DNA from: Chara braunii
Taxonomy: Eukaryota > Plantae > Charophyceae
Reading direction: 5' to 3'
Assembly (NCBI GenBank): GCA_003427395.1
Contig: BFEA01000014.1
Location: 5,097,643 to 5,149,504, forward strand
DNA: 51,862 nt
Made by a program: the position numbers and the translations under genes
Notes under the pieces: generated by a model
Told to the model about the DNA's origin: nothing
The model's input: the letters and a program-made list of their open reading frames with translations, nothing else
Database searches by the model: none
Shown here: piece after piece, positions 20,323 through 32,667 of the stretch
Layout of the letters: every line of letters starts with the position of its first letter
Position numbering within the stretch: the first letter of the stretch is position 1

Positions 20323-21112
20323 CGCACTCCGGGCACTGGCCCGGACTGTCCGGGTCCGGTGATATCCGGGTGTCCGGTGATGGTGATGTCCGGATCACCG
20401 GACAGTCCGAATCAGTCCGGACACTGGTCCGGAAGACAGTCCGGAAGTGTCCGGTGCCCGGGTCTGGGGTTACCATGCTCATTTCTGTTTCGCCTCCTTT
20501 TTGTTACTTCTGAAGGTTCCTTTTGCTTGCCAAAATATGAAATTGAAAAATAATGGGGACCTGTTCAAGGTAAATAAGGTACTCCCGACACTTCTTTTTT
20601 CCCCTCCCTCTCAAACCATCAGTACTTGGCCCATACACCGGCCTCGGGCCCTTGTCGTATACGCGCCCAGACCACAATGGCCGGCGGTGCCAGGCAAACG
20701 AAAAAAAACAAGTCGAGCCGGCGTTTCGACAAAGCTTGGTAAGCAGGGCGTTTCGAGCATCGGAGAAAAGTGCCTCGGAAGTACGGGTGGTTTAAATGAA
20801 AAAAAAAAAAGGAAAGGCTCCAATCTTTTGGTGGGGAGTTGGACCTGCTGGAAACCGGGTCCAGCATCCCATAAATGTGCAATGAGTACTCGAACGATGC
20901 AACTCACGTCTATCTGTAGCCATTACTTCATCGGATTATGACTGACAGCATCACCCCTCCTAGCGTGGCAGCGTGGTTTTAAAAAAAATGGATTATGGCG
21001 GCATCGATCGATTACTTCTCCGAGTCTAGAATCTCTACTGCCTTTGCTTGTTTTTGCATCAGTTTGAGTCGTTGCTGAGCGTTGACTTGGCTCTCATTTT
21101 ACCTGGCAAGCC

Positions 21113-21245
21113 TACCCTCTTCGCCCGAATTGGACATCCAGTCGGTATCGCGGTATCTAGCCTCTTCACCCGAATAGGACATCCAGTCAGTATCGCGGTA
21201 TCAAGACCGAAAGTTGCATTGAATGCAGCTATAATGACCGGGTGC
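21113..21245. mobile_element. Degenerate, partly duplicated copy of the 105-bp MITE family
   Basis: TCTTC(G/A)CCCGAAT...GCGGTATC occurs twice, then GAAAGTTG...CAGCTATAATGACCGGG, matching the interior of copies A and B. Confidence 0.6.
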
Positions 21246-21525
21246 GGGCGTTTCTCTTCGCGTGAAGGTGCAATAGACTGTGACCAATGGTTTGGAATTG
21301 GCCCGAGTGCCTCTCCCATTCCAGAGGGTCGCCCTTGTTTGTGAGGGTTGCATCCACAGTCCGTTTCCCAGCTTTGTATAATAAGAGTGAATTTTAAGTT
21401 GGGGGGGGGGAGGGGAGGGGGGGAAAGTTGCACGCCTAGGAGATAGGAGGCGGAAAATTAGAGGGTGTAGAATGCACTGAAGTTAGTGCGCTGCAAATGA
21501 CGATAATGCAGTCTGTAAGGGCTAA

Positions 21526-22072
21526 GGGCCTGATCCCACTTCTTATAGGCGAGGCACTTTTTGGTAAATTTTGGTATCGCACCTCTTTCAGCGAGAGCTG
21601 GAGGTGGCCCTGTTTTTTCGAAGAAGTGGAAACAGCCTACAGTATTCCCCCGAATACAACGCACGGTCATTATAGCCGAATTTAGACTGATATATGTACC
21701 GAATTCGGCAATAATGACCGTACGTTGTATTCGGGGGAAGACTGTAGTACGTGGCAGTGCGAGCGCGATTTGAGGACCGTTAAGGGGCAGATCCCACTTC
21801 TCTGTGTTTTCGTACGAACGTGAACGTGCCACGAAAGGTGGAGGCACAGCGCACGGAACGTGAAAGAAAAACGCGATCCCACATGCCCTACTTCTGCGGG
21901 ACTTTTCCAAACGGAGCGGCACTATCTTGTGGCGCCTCGAGGTCACACTGCTACATACTTGGCTGTTTCCACTTCCTCAAAAAAACAGGGCCGCCTCCGG
22001 CTCTCGCGGAAAGAGGTGGGATCCCAAAGTTTACCAAAAAGTGCCTCGCCTATAAGAAGTGGGATCAGGCCC
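21526..22072. mobile_element. Tourist/Harbinger-like MITE with ~110-bp TIRs
   Basis: TAA|GGGCCTGATCCCACTTCTTATAGGCGAGGCAC... and its reverse complement ending GGGATCAGGCCC|TAG. Confidence 0.85.
21640..21744. mobile_element. ~105-bp Tc1/mariner-type MITE, copy C, nested in a Tourist-like MITE
   Basis: TA|CAGTATTCCCCCGAATACAACG...CGTTGTATTCGGGGGAAGACTG|TA. Confidence 0.82.
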
Positions 22073-23294
22073 TAGTTCTATCAAAAATCAAAAGACGCCA
22101 CCCCCATACCCTGCACCCTGAAAGAAGGTGCCCTTGTTTTTTTCTTCCTTAAAAAAAGGCCCAGGTTGTTGTAGAGGCTGGATTACAGAAATATGAGAGT
22201 CACCTTCGGCACTCGGCCATGTGGTAGAGGCCCCCTAATCCTATAGGACTCCCTCCCAACCTACCTCTTTCGTAATTTCTCCCGGCGCACTCCTACTCCC
22301 ACTATCCTACCTCAGTGTCTACCACTCAGGATCGTCACCCTCCAGCCTTGGGGTTGACCTGACCGAACCGTGACCAGGGCTAAGCTGAGTCCCACACACC
22401 CCACTCAGCCCTGATCGAAGCATATTTGTGCGAGCCTTGTCGCCCATGTACTTCAGGTGCTAGGTACAGGCGTTTCACTACAAGTCCCATAGGTGGACCT
22501 ACCTATTTTGCATTCATATCGTTTTTTTTGTGTACACTGCTGTTGTTACTGTTGTTTGTTGTTAGGTTGTTTGCTGTGCACACTGTTGTCATCAGTACTT
22601 GTTTTTATTGTAGATAGTGAACTGAACATAGGAGGCAGGCAACCCAACCAAACCTGTGGAGAGGCCCCCCGACACAAGAGCCCTACCAGCACCGGCCATA
22701 GACTGTACTAAGTCTCACTTTCATCAACTGTTCTTTGTTCCATGGGCCGTCTGTAGGGTCCTAGTTCAGACAGACATCGACCATGGATTGTACTAAGTCT
22801 CCTTTCAACACTCCGTTATGGACATGAGCCGGCTTGTGAGTTGGTGGCGCCTTGTCGGCATGGCTCCCGACAAGGAATATCGAGGAGGTGATGTGGGTGA
22901 TGGCGTAAGGTTCTATTGGTCTTGTCTGGCGTGACCATTGACGTGATGCTTCGGCTAGAAGTGCTTTCAGCCTTGATAACCTAGGCTGAAAAGGTCTTGT
23001 GCTCTGTGCTTCGTTTATGTGGTGTCACGGGTTGACACGCTGGAGGAAGGGGAGGCTGTCGGGGTGATTAGGATAGTCTTCATGAGATCTTGGGCGTGGT
23101 AGTGGCCCTTCTCCTATGTTCCTGCACGAATCTAGTGGAGGTCGGTTGGGCAGTGCGGGCAGAAAGTGAGGAGCAGCTTCTCATGCGGAGTGGGAGGTTA
23201 CAAGCTGGAGCGTCAAAAAGAGCTGGCGGTTTCATGTGTTCTTTTGAGCTGGCTCGACGGTTAAAGACACGGAAGCAGGTAGCAGCACAATTCG

Positions 23295-23322
23295 TCATCA
23301 TCAGGGTGCTGCTCGCCATCAC

Positions 23323-23357
<35 letters not shown>

Positions 23358-24010
23358 ACGGGGTGTAGTTCAACATCATCATCATGGTAAAGATTTGTCA
23401 TCACCATCATCAGGGTACTGCTCGTTATCATCATCAAGGTGTAGGTCTTCACTCCAGGGGTGTTGTTCGTTACTCATCGTTGTACTACCATCATCAATAG
23501 TTCACCATCATAGAGCACGGTTGGTGAAGTTCATCATCATAGGGTGCTGCTTATCTTTATCATCATCATCATCATCATCATTAGGTTATCATCAAAGGTG
23601 CTCGTCATCAACACCACCATCATCTTGTTGTCATCATAGGGAGCGGTGTATCATCATCATCATCATCAGCAGCAGCAGCATTAGGTTATCATCAAGGTGC
23701 TCGTCATCAGCACCATCATCATCTTGTTGTCATCACAGGGCGCGGTGTATCATCAGCATCAGCATCAGCATCAGCATCGACATCGACATCATCAGTATCA
23801 TCATTATCATCATCTTTTTGTAATCATAGGGTCGGCAGCATCATTCGGTTTCATTCTCATCACTACCATCATCATCAGCATCATCGTCAGCTTGTCATCA
23901 TTAGATGTTTGCTCTTCAAGGCATTGTTTGCCGTCCACATCAGCAGGTGAGTTGGTCATCACCATCATCCTCATTATCATCATTTTTAGGGTGCTTTTCG
24001 TCGTCATCAG
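23295..24010. repeat. Degenerate (CAT)n microsatellite
   Basis: Direct inspection. Confidence 0.9.
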
Positions 24011-25458
24011 CAAAATCCAAAAAAAAGTCGTCTACCTTTCTTCATCAGAAATTTCCGATTGGATCGTTCCCAGAGGGTTAAACGGTAGGAAGGGGGAGGG
24101 GGGAACTCTATCTTGCAGGGGCACAAGGCGGGGGGTGAATGTCTTAAAGAAGGTAGGGGCGGAGTAGGGGGTTGCCCTATTCTGGGGTAGGGGCTGGTGT
24201 GTGGGTCAATATCAGTCCTGGCGGAGGCAGAAATGGGCAAGGGGCTGGGGGGGCATGCTTTAGGTGGGAACTGTGTGCTCCTGGGAAAAGGGGGGTAGAG
24301 GGTTGGTCCTATATTGGGGCCGAGGGAGAGTGGGTGACTCACCTCGGCGGAGGCAGTGTAGAGCTGAGGGGGGAGGGGTAGGGGGAGGGTGGGGCGATCT
24401 TTCTTGAATAAGTCTATCATGTAGATTAAGTTCACTATTTCTTTTCATTTGGTTTGCCGCTCGAGGAGGTTGTAGGAATAGGTGCAGTCTGACAATCCAT
24501 CTGTGATCCTGCGAAGGGTGGTTGAAAATTCGGTGGCCCTCGAAGACCGATGCTGGAGCAACGCTGGCCGGGGCCGGAGCCGGAGCCAGGTGGCGCAACT
24601 CTGTGACCTAGCTTAGTGGGGGCGTGAGGCCTGGTAGAGAGCTCTGGGGGGCTGTGTGCGGGGGCAGTCTCAGTGGTCATCGGGGGTCGTAACTGGAGCA
24701 GCGCTGACCGGTGCTGGAGCAAGGTGGTGCAACTCGGTTACCTAACCTGATGGGAGCATGAGGCCTGGAAGAGCTTCGGTTCGTGCTGAAAACAGTCATG
24801 CTAGCGGTGGTCGTATGTGGATTGAATAGGTTTCACCTATCTGATCTGTAGGTGGTTCTTATGAATGTCTTAGGACTCTAGGGACTCTTGGCAACCCATC
24901 CTAGGCGGTTTTGAAGCGGTTATACTCAGTGATCTGCGGCTGTTCGATGCCAAAACTACGCTGGCCCGTGCTGGGTGTTGCCCTGTAACCTGCTGATGCA
25001 GGAGCGTGAGGCCTGGTAGAGAGATATGGGGATGCTTTGGGGTGGGCATCCCAAGGGACAGCCAAGGTTTGTTGTTGGGACGACGCTGGTCGGAGCTGGG
25101 GCGAGTTGTGTTGCCCTGTAGCCCAGCAGGGTGGGGACGTGAGGCCTGGAAGAGCTCAGCAAGGAGTAAGACTGTGTTGGAAAGTCTTAGAAGGGCTTGT
25201 TAGGAATTCTGAGGGTTGTGAGCATTTGTAGGACCTCTATGGCAGCCTACTGCATGAGTAGTTCCTTAATAGGTCATTAAATATTCATAGACTGGTCTCA
25301 GTCGAGGCCGGGTAATGGCCCCGGTATCTCAAATGATCTCAAATGTTCTCAAATGTTTTCAATGATCTGTACAATTTGATATGGGACGCTGGGCACTTGC
25401 TGCTCCCCACGAATAGATTGGAGCATTTGCTTAAGAAAAAAAAAAAAGAAAAAAAAAA
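24010..25458 (+). mobile_element. Non-coding poly(A)-tailed retroposon, copy 1
   Basis: Shares G-rich blocks, GGTAATGGCC and the 3' tail motif with 35900-37620; ends in an A-run. 5' end approximate. Confidence 0.55.
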
Positions 25459-25631
25459 GTCTCCTTTCATCAACTATTTCTTATTCCATGGGCAAGATGT
25501 CCTAAGGGGAGCCCTCATTGTTACCCTCCCGTGCCTACTGGCTGACCCCCCAAAATCTCCAACTAGCAACAGGTCCCCCTACTCTAATCTTGCCCCAAGA
25601 AACCTACCACACCAACCACAGTCTGTACTAA

Positions 25632-27690
25632 GGGTCTTGTTAGATACTCCTAAAAGAATCCTAAAATTTTTAGGACGAGTCCTAAATGTTTTTTAGGATT
25701 TCGTGTGGCGTCGTTACACGCAATCCTAGAAATCATATTTTAGGATTCGTCCTAAAAGATCTCCCGCGGCCGGTTTTCATATGCGTATACGCAGCCGCGT
25801 CGCCGATGTCCGTCCATTCTTGGTTGGTGTCCGTGGTACACACTGCGGTGGCCCTTGGGCGGATGAGGACGGGTCGGTGAAAAGCGTGGTCACCCAGAAC
25901 TTCGAAAATTAAATTGAAATTCGAATTTTCGTAGACGCAGGGTGGGGGGGGCAGAGGACGGCCAGGCGACAAGTGTGACGTAGAAAAGACGGTGCTCAGG
26001 CTAGCGAACCGTTCGGCGTGGGTATCCATCTTTCGAGTCTACGCAAGTTGTGAGCAGCGGGCGCATCTTCCTGCAAGGCGCATCTTCACCTCCGGAGTGT
26101 GTACTGTCCTGTGGAAGCGTAGAGCAACGGGCGCGTCTTCGGCTTCGGCGTGCGTCATCTCCTGTGGCAGCGTACAGCAGCGGGCGCATCTTCAGTTCCG
26201 GCGTGCGTGGTCTCCTGCGGTAGGGTTGAGCAGCGGGCGTGTCTTCGGCGGCTGTGGTAGGCGTTACGCTGTAGACGCGGAACGATTGTAAGAGATGGAC
26301 GTTCGCGGCTGCGGGCACGGTCTACGCGAAGAAGAGATCGACGAGGTAGCGATGGCGGTGACTGCCATCGTCGTCAACACGATGAGCGACATGTCGTCAT
26401 CCTCACGCGACATGGTGATGCAGCTCTGCAAACGAAGAATGTTGTTGCAGAGCATTGCCGAAGCGCCGGATTGCATGAGGCAGTCGTCGAGTTGTGTGCC
26501 ACGCTGTCGTCTGGCGTTTTCCCGCGGCAGACCCCACGTTGGTGGATTAGACGACGGACTGGCGGAACATGGGAGGACCTCCGCTTGTGTGATGACGCGA
26601 CGAACGAGTACTATTGGCAGAAGTTGCGCATGTCGATGGCCATGTTCACCTAGATCGTAGCCGCATACGTGGAGAAGAAGGTCACGCATTATAGGATGCC
26701 ATTGCCAGTGGAGCAGGTGATCGCTTTCTCGTTGTACAGGTGGGCGTCCGGAGAGACGTACGAGAGGGGCACGTCAGCCGTCGGCATCGGCAAGGCAACT
26801 GGACTGCAGGTCATCCGCGACGTTAGTTCGGCGCTGCTGCAGGCGTACCCCGACGCGATAAAGTGGCCAGTGGGCCGTAGACGTGCGCAGATTCTGCGCG
26901 CTTTCTGTGAGAAGGGTTTCCCAAACTGCTTCAGCGCAATCGACTGTACACACATCGACATTGACAAGCCCGTCGGCGCACCTTCGGCCAACTTCTACGA
27001 CCGAAAACAGAAGTTCTCCGTGCAGGCGAAGGTGGTGCTGGATTTGGATCTGCGGATCCTCGACGTCCACATCGGATACCCGGGAAGTGTGCACGATGTC
27101 CGTGTCTTGCACAATTCCCAGCTGTGGAGGCGTGCAAGAACTGGCGAGTTGTTCGACGCACCTCCGGAGAATATGCCGCATGGTGTCGTCACACGAGGTT
27201 ACCTGCTGGGCGACAACGGTTATCCAGTTGCCTGTCCATGGATCGTGCAGCCGTACGGAGGAATCGACCAAGGTCCTAACGAGGAGCGCTTCGACATGCG
27301 GCAGAAGGTGGCGGGAGGGTGTGTGGAGAGGGCATTCGGGTGACTGAAGTGCATGTGGCGTCTGTTCTTGCGCACCCACAAGACGAACCTGGAGACCTTG
27401 CCATAACAATTCGTGGCCGTGTGCACTCTCCACAACATCCTCCTCGACGCGGGGATCGACTTCGACGAGAACCTTTTGTGGGAGGTGGATGCAAACGGCG
27501 TTCAGCGTAGAGTGGACTTGGGCATCGTGGGGAACGGCACGGGCGGGCGGCGACAGAGCACGAACGTGGACGCGGACTCGTTGCGGGATGCACTTCGAGA
27601 CCTCCTAGCTCTGATGTAGGACCGTGCGGATGGGAGGGAGGGGCGGGGGGAGGGGGGTGGTAGGGAGGGGGAGTTAGTTCCACTTACAAC
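25632..27690 (+). mobile_element. PIF/Harbinger DNA transposon remnant (left end plus transposase; right part lost)
   Basis: Harbinger-like terminus TAA|GGGTCTTGTTAGATAC with subterminal TCCTAAAA/TTTTAGGA repeats, followed by a transposase pseudogene. Confidence 0.75.
26295..27619 (+). pseudogene. Harbinger/HARBI1-like DDE transposase pseudogene (DDE_Tnp_4 type)
   Basis: Motifs SAIDCTHI, GYPGSVHDVRV, YLLGDNGYP, VERAFG*LK and VCTLHNIL. In-frame stops near 26651, 27341 and 27403, plus an N-terminal frameshift. Confidence 0.93.
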
Positions 27691-27699
27691 CGCGCCTCA

Positions 27700-30600
27700 G
27701 AATGCTGAGGGATTTGTGTACCCCCCTCTCACTTTTTAACACCTTCAGGCGTAGCCACCCGACCGAAAAGGCCTTTACTTGTTTTCGAAACAATAACCCC
27801 GACAGGCTGTCAAAATCTAAAATAGATCCAATCCTGGCGTCCGAAGACTTGGTTGGAGGGTTTACCTTAGCAGCAATACTGGCGATCAGCCCGCACCCAG
27901 GCCTGGACCACAGGATGTGTATGGCAGTCTAAACCTTCCGGAAACGACCAGATCAGGGGGCCAGCTACTATAAACTGAACACCTCCCTGCTCCAGTCTAA
28001 ATCCTTCCTGAAGTACCTACATCAGGTTTGGAACTTCTGGAAGGGTCACCGCTCCCTACAAGACACTCAAATTGCATGGTTTAATAACGGATTGTTTTTT
28101 TTGGCAAAAAAATGCAATAAATATTCCAAATATATAGCTGCACAGCGATACCAACAAGAAATTACGGTAAACGCCCGACTCTTGAAGCATGCACAATATC
28201 GATGGCAGGGAGCCCAGATAAGGGCAAGGCTATCCAGACTCTCAACCCAAGGAGTGATGAATGCTCACTTCTTCAGCCTATCTAGGCCACGTTTCAAAAG
28301 GGCAATGATCGAGGCGCTCTACGAACCACAAGTCATGGAATCAGATCCGACTGTGTCCACGGCTCGTTGCACCAAAATAAAATATGACTTCTAAAATAAA
28401 CTTTTCGCCTCGCATGTTGACAGATCAAACTCATTGTACCACGATTGTTAACTAAAATAATTTTTGGAACCAGTAAATAAATCATTGACATCTGAACAAC
28501 GTGATTCTTTAGAGGCCCCAATCTCCAAGCAGGAAATCTGGACCGCACTCCTACAAATGAAGGAGGAAAACGCATCAGGGATTGATGGTTTCCCCAAAGA
28601 ATTTTGGGAGACCACATGAGACTTCCTGGGTCAGGACATCATGGACTTCTATAAAGAAGTATGGCTCACGGGCGAGATGGGTGAAAGGGTGGGGCAAGGA
28701 GTATTGACTCTCCTATATAAAAAGGGGGGGAAAATAGATACTAGAAACTACCACCCTATCACACTTCTCACAGTGATATACAAAATGTTGTCTAAAGCCT
28801 TAGCTAACAAAATGATCCCTGTAATGAAAAACATAATTCATCTCTCTCAAACCGGCTTTATGGAGAACAAGAATATACAAGAGAATATTCTTTTAATCCA
28901 TGAGGTACCCAACTCACGAGACACTCTCGTCAGAACGCAACGTTGGTCTTTATTGACTTCGAAAAAGCTTACGATCACGTGGACTGATTATTCTTAGATA
29001 AAAGCCTGGAAAAATGAATTTTGGATCGGACTTCATACGCTGGGTTCAGATCCTGCACCAGAATGCAACCACTTGCATTCAAGTTAATGGGTGCATGGCA
29101 CCACCCCTACGCCTGGAATGTTCGGTCCGCCACGGGGACCCAATTGCCCCCTTCCTTTTTTTGGTCATCATGAAAGCACTAGCCGCCACCTCCGGGCAAA
29201 CAAGAACATTACCAGAATCCGAGTCACACACATCCAGGAGGAGGCAATCCTGGCGTGCTCCCTTTTTGCGGACGATCTCACTATCTTGGCAGAAGCCACT
29301 CACAACAACATGGAGGAAATCCAACAAATGATGGACAAGTTTGTCAAGGTTTTCGACAAGACAGTCAACTGGGGGAGCAAAATTCAAGGATGGTGGATTC
29401 ATTATCAAGGGGGACGCCCCCCGGAGTTACCACGTATCAAATAAATGCCTTTAGAGACCCCGGTAAGAATTCTAGGGGTTTCCATGACCACCGAGGGACG
29501 CCCACCAATCAACGATGAATGGACTAGCGCCCCGACACGACAAAAAATAGATAACTGGAGAAATAAGCACACATCCCTCTTTGGCCGTGCCTTAGTAATT
29601 AACAATGTGGTCTTCGCAACATTATGGTACACATCGTTGTTGTGGCCACTAAGCAAAACAGTCTTAAGAAGCTTAAAGAGAAAGGCAACAACTTTCCTAT
29701 GGAGAGGGGACGGCGAGCAGAACAACGTGATCAGCCGCGTGGCGTGGGAGTCTATTATCCAACCTAAGGCAGGGGGAGGCTTGGGAATAATCGACCCAGC
29801 CACGCAAGTGCAAACACTAGAACCAAAATGGATTAAAAACTCATTTTCGCCCCCCAAGTGTCCGTGGTGTGCATTGGCTCTGGAACATCTAGCCCGTCTG
29901 GCCCCAGAAGCCCCCCGCTGATATGGCTGGAGGACCGATTATGGACAGTCCCGCGCAAACTCCCCCGAGGAAGGGAGGGGTTGGACGAAGGCGACCAGAT
30001 TTTGGACAACTTCTGATCATCCTTGTTGGAGACCTGACGCAGACTCTCGCTCCCAGACAGAATCTATCCTAACTGCTGGGAGGAAGTCTACTGACAACCC
30101 CCTTTTGGAAACCGATGGGTGACGAACTGGAGTGGTTGTATCATGATAAGCTTAGAGTTGCCTTGGAAAAGCTGGGTAAAGAGAGGGGTGCATAAGGTTG
30201 GGGATATTGGGACCATGACAGAAGGGACTGAAAAACAGGAGACCAGATGCGAGGAATTCTACGATATTGCCACCACGTAGAAGAGCATTTGGATAAGTTG
30301 ATTGAAGCTATCCCGTTGGCATGGTACCAAATCCTTAAACAAGGCCCCTCCTTAAAAGAAGGCGACTGGGTAGCAAGTACGGAGTCTCCTCAAAAGATAG
30401 GTCAGATACACATGGTTTCACCTCAGACTGTCCTGGTTGAACACTACACAATCACTGGAACTGACACCCTCCAAGGTAGCAGAGCCCCCCTCGAATGGAA
30501 AGAGGGAGCATTTGTGTATCGAGTGAGAGTTTTAGAAGAGAAAGGACAAAGGGTGGTGATCCAGCCCTTCAAATCAATCCAGGACCTGGCTCTGGACCCA

Positions 30601-32095
30601 CCAGAATGAACATGGGAACCCCCCCAGCAGAGGGGAGGCCCCAAAGCAGGTCATATCAGCCTACACCAGTTATCGGTCAAATCAGCCTATAAAATGCTTA
30701 AACCTAAAAGATGGCTGAGAGACATAGTAAACGACCGATGGGCCAGACACCTAAATGTGGATCGCTCCCTTCTGACTTTAATAAAATGGTTCCAAGAACA
30801 GAAAACAAAACCTATAAAAATCACTTCCCTGCAGTGGCAGATCGCCCACCGCTGTCTGCCAACAAATGACTGGTCGACCGACCGTACCAATTTAGAATAA
30901 AAAGGTTTGTTGCTTCCGTGGTGCCAACGGTGTCAGAGTTTTTTCCCTTTCTACAAGAAGGCGGAAACCATCGAACACATCTTTATGCAATGCCCGATCG
31001 CCCAATTTATATGGAGTTGGCGGGATTGCATATGGAGAAAGATGGAATCTGCAATTCCCTGACCCTGGTCTTGGCAAGCCATATTGGTCGGCCATTGGCC
31101 AAAGGCAGAAACAGTCATGACCTTCGTAGAGAAAATGTACAGACTTGGAAGGAGAGCGGTGATATGGGCACTTTGGTTGCAAAGATGCACGCTGGCTATG
31201 GAAAAGGTGAGAGTAGAGGAGCCAGAAATCACCGAACAGATTCAGCAGCAAGTACATTTCGAACTCATACAAAGGTGGCTAGACACAAAAGCATAGTTAG
31301 ATTTCTTTAAACAAGTAGGAGATGTTAGGAGACGGATCACAACATTTTGCACAGATTGGGTGGGAGGGGAGAGAGAAGGATGGATTGCAAGAGTAGTGGA
31401 GCGGAGATAGGGGAGAGGGACGGAGGGACTTAGAAGAGATGAGAGACTATCGCCTAAGCTTCAAAGACTGGACAAACATAGAACCCTCATTCCCACTTCG
31501 CCCCCCCGCTGATTTCTTAGACCCTTTCCCACCCCACGCTCTTTCCCTGGCAGAGATCCTGTCCTGTGTGATAAAATCCGGTAACCCAATCTTCTACACA
31601 TTTCTTACTCATACAAGGAATTCCTCCCTAGAGCCCCCCGGGGAGGTTTTTCTTCTGCTAACAGTCCTTTTTTTTTTCACTGTTCAGTGATCCCCCCATT
31701 CTACGGAATGGGGCAGTCAATGCTGGCAGCCTGAGCACTCTAAACAAGAAAGTATTAGGAACTGGGAAGGGGAGGGAGGAACTAGTGTGTATCAGTAGGT
31801 ATCCGGCACCGGGTTCAGGGTGAAGAGGTTCCCCCTTCCTTTCAAATATCCCGCTCAGTCAATCCCCTGGATCCCAGGGTAATCAATGCTGGCAGGGACC
31901 CCCCCCGTAACTGGTTTTTTTTTTGTGTACTCTATATCCAATCTGTATATGGGACGCTGGACCCGTTTTTCAGCAGGTGATGCTCCCCTCCAATAGATGG
32001 AGCCTCTCCCCAGGTGCTAGTGTTGTCTGCACTTATCAGCACCACTAACACTGGCGGGGGCATGTTCTGTTTAAAAAAAAAAAAAAAAAAAAAAT
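27700..32095 (+). mobile_element. 5'-truncated degenerate L1/Tx1-type LINE (end of APE endonuclease, RT, zf-RVT CCHC, 3'UTR, poly(A))
   Basis: Fragments AFTCF...KIDPIL...DHR, TLLYKKG...NYHPITLL...YKMLSK, QTGF, RHGDPIAPFLF, LFADD, GGGLGI and ETIEHIFMQC, with many stops and frameshifts. A-run at 32073-32094. Confidence 0.92.
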
Positions 32096-32146
32096 CTTCC
32101 AGATTTTACTCCTAGGTCTCTTTCTCACAAAGGACGGGATTTCTAA

Positions 32147-32566
32147 GGGTAGGACCCCACTGCTTGGCGGTACTTGGGGCCAGGAAAACATCCGCCAGCC
32201 CAAAATCGTAGCCGTCGGGAATGGGCAAGTGAAAAGGGACTCCACCGCCACAACAATTTGCGGGACTTCCCAAGGTTCCTGTTACCCGATCGGGAAGACT
32301 TGCCTTTTCGGGCAAGTTTGCCTCCGCGTTTTCAGCACACCGACCAATCCCCGTGCTTTCTTTTCGCACGGGATGGGTAAATCTAGAGGGTGTGGGCCTA
32401 CCTTTAGAGGTAGGCAAATGCACCCTCTGGATTTTCCCATCGACGGGGATTGGTTAATGTGCTGAAAAAGCGGAGAGTGGAAACAAAAATCTTCCGTTTG
32501 CCACCAGCAGTGGAGTCCCAAAAAATGTCTTACAAAGGCTTGCCGCCGTCCAGTGGGGTCCTACCC
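32147..32566. mobile_element. Tourist/Harbinger-like MITE (420 bp)
   Basis: TAA|GGGTAGGACCCCACTG...CAGTGGGGTCCTACCC|TAA: perfect 16-bp TIR and TAA TSD. Internal palindrome at 32329-32468. Confidence 0.88.
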
Positions 32567-32622
32567 TAAGCATCTCCAAACATCTGTTGGGGCAACTAGA
32601 TCCCATTCTGTCGATAGGGGGA

Positions 32623-32625
<3 letters not shown>

Positions 32626-32667
<42 letters not shown>

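Noticed and set aside
23080-24167. Poly-Ile/His/Met ORFs
   Set aside because: Translations of degenerate (CAT)n.
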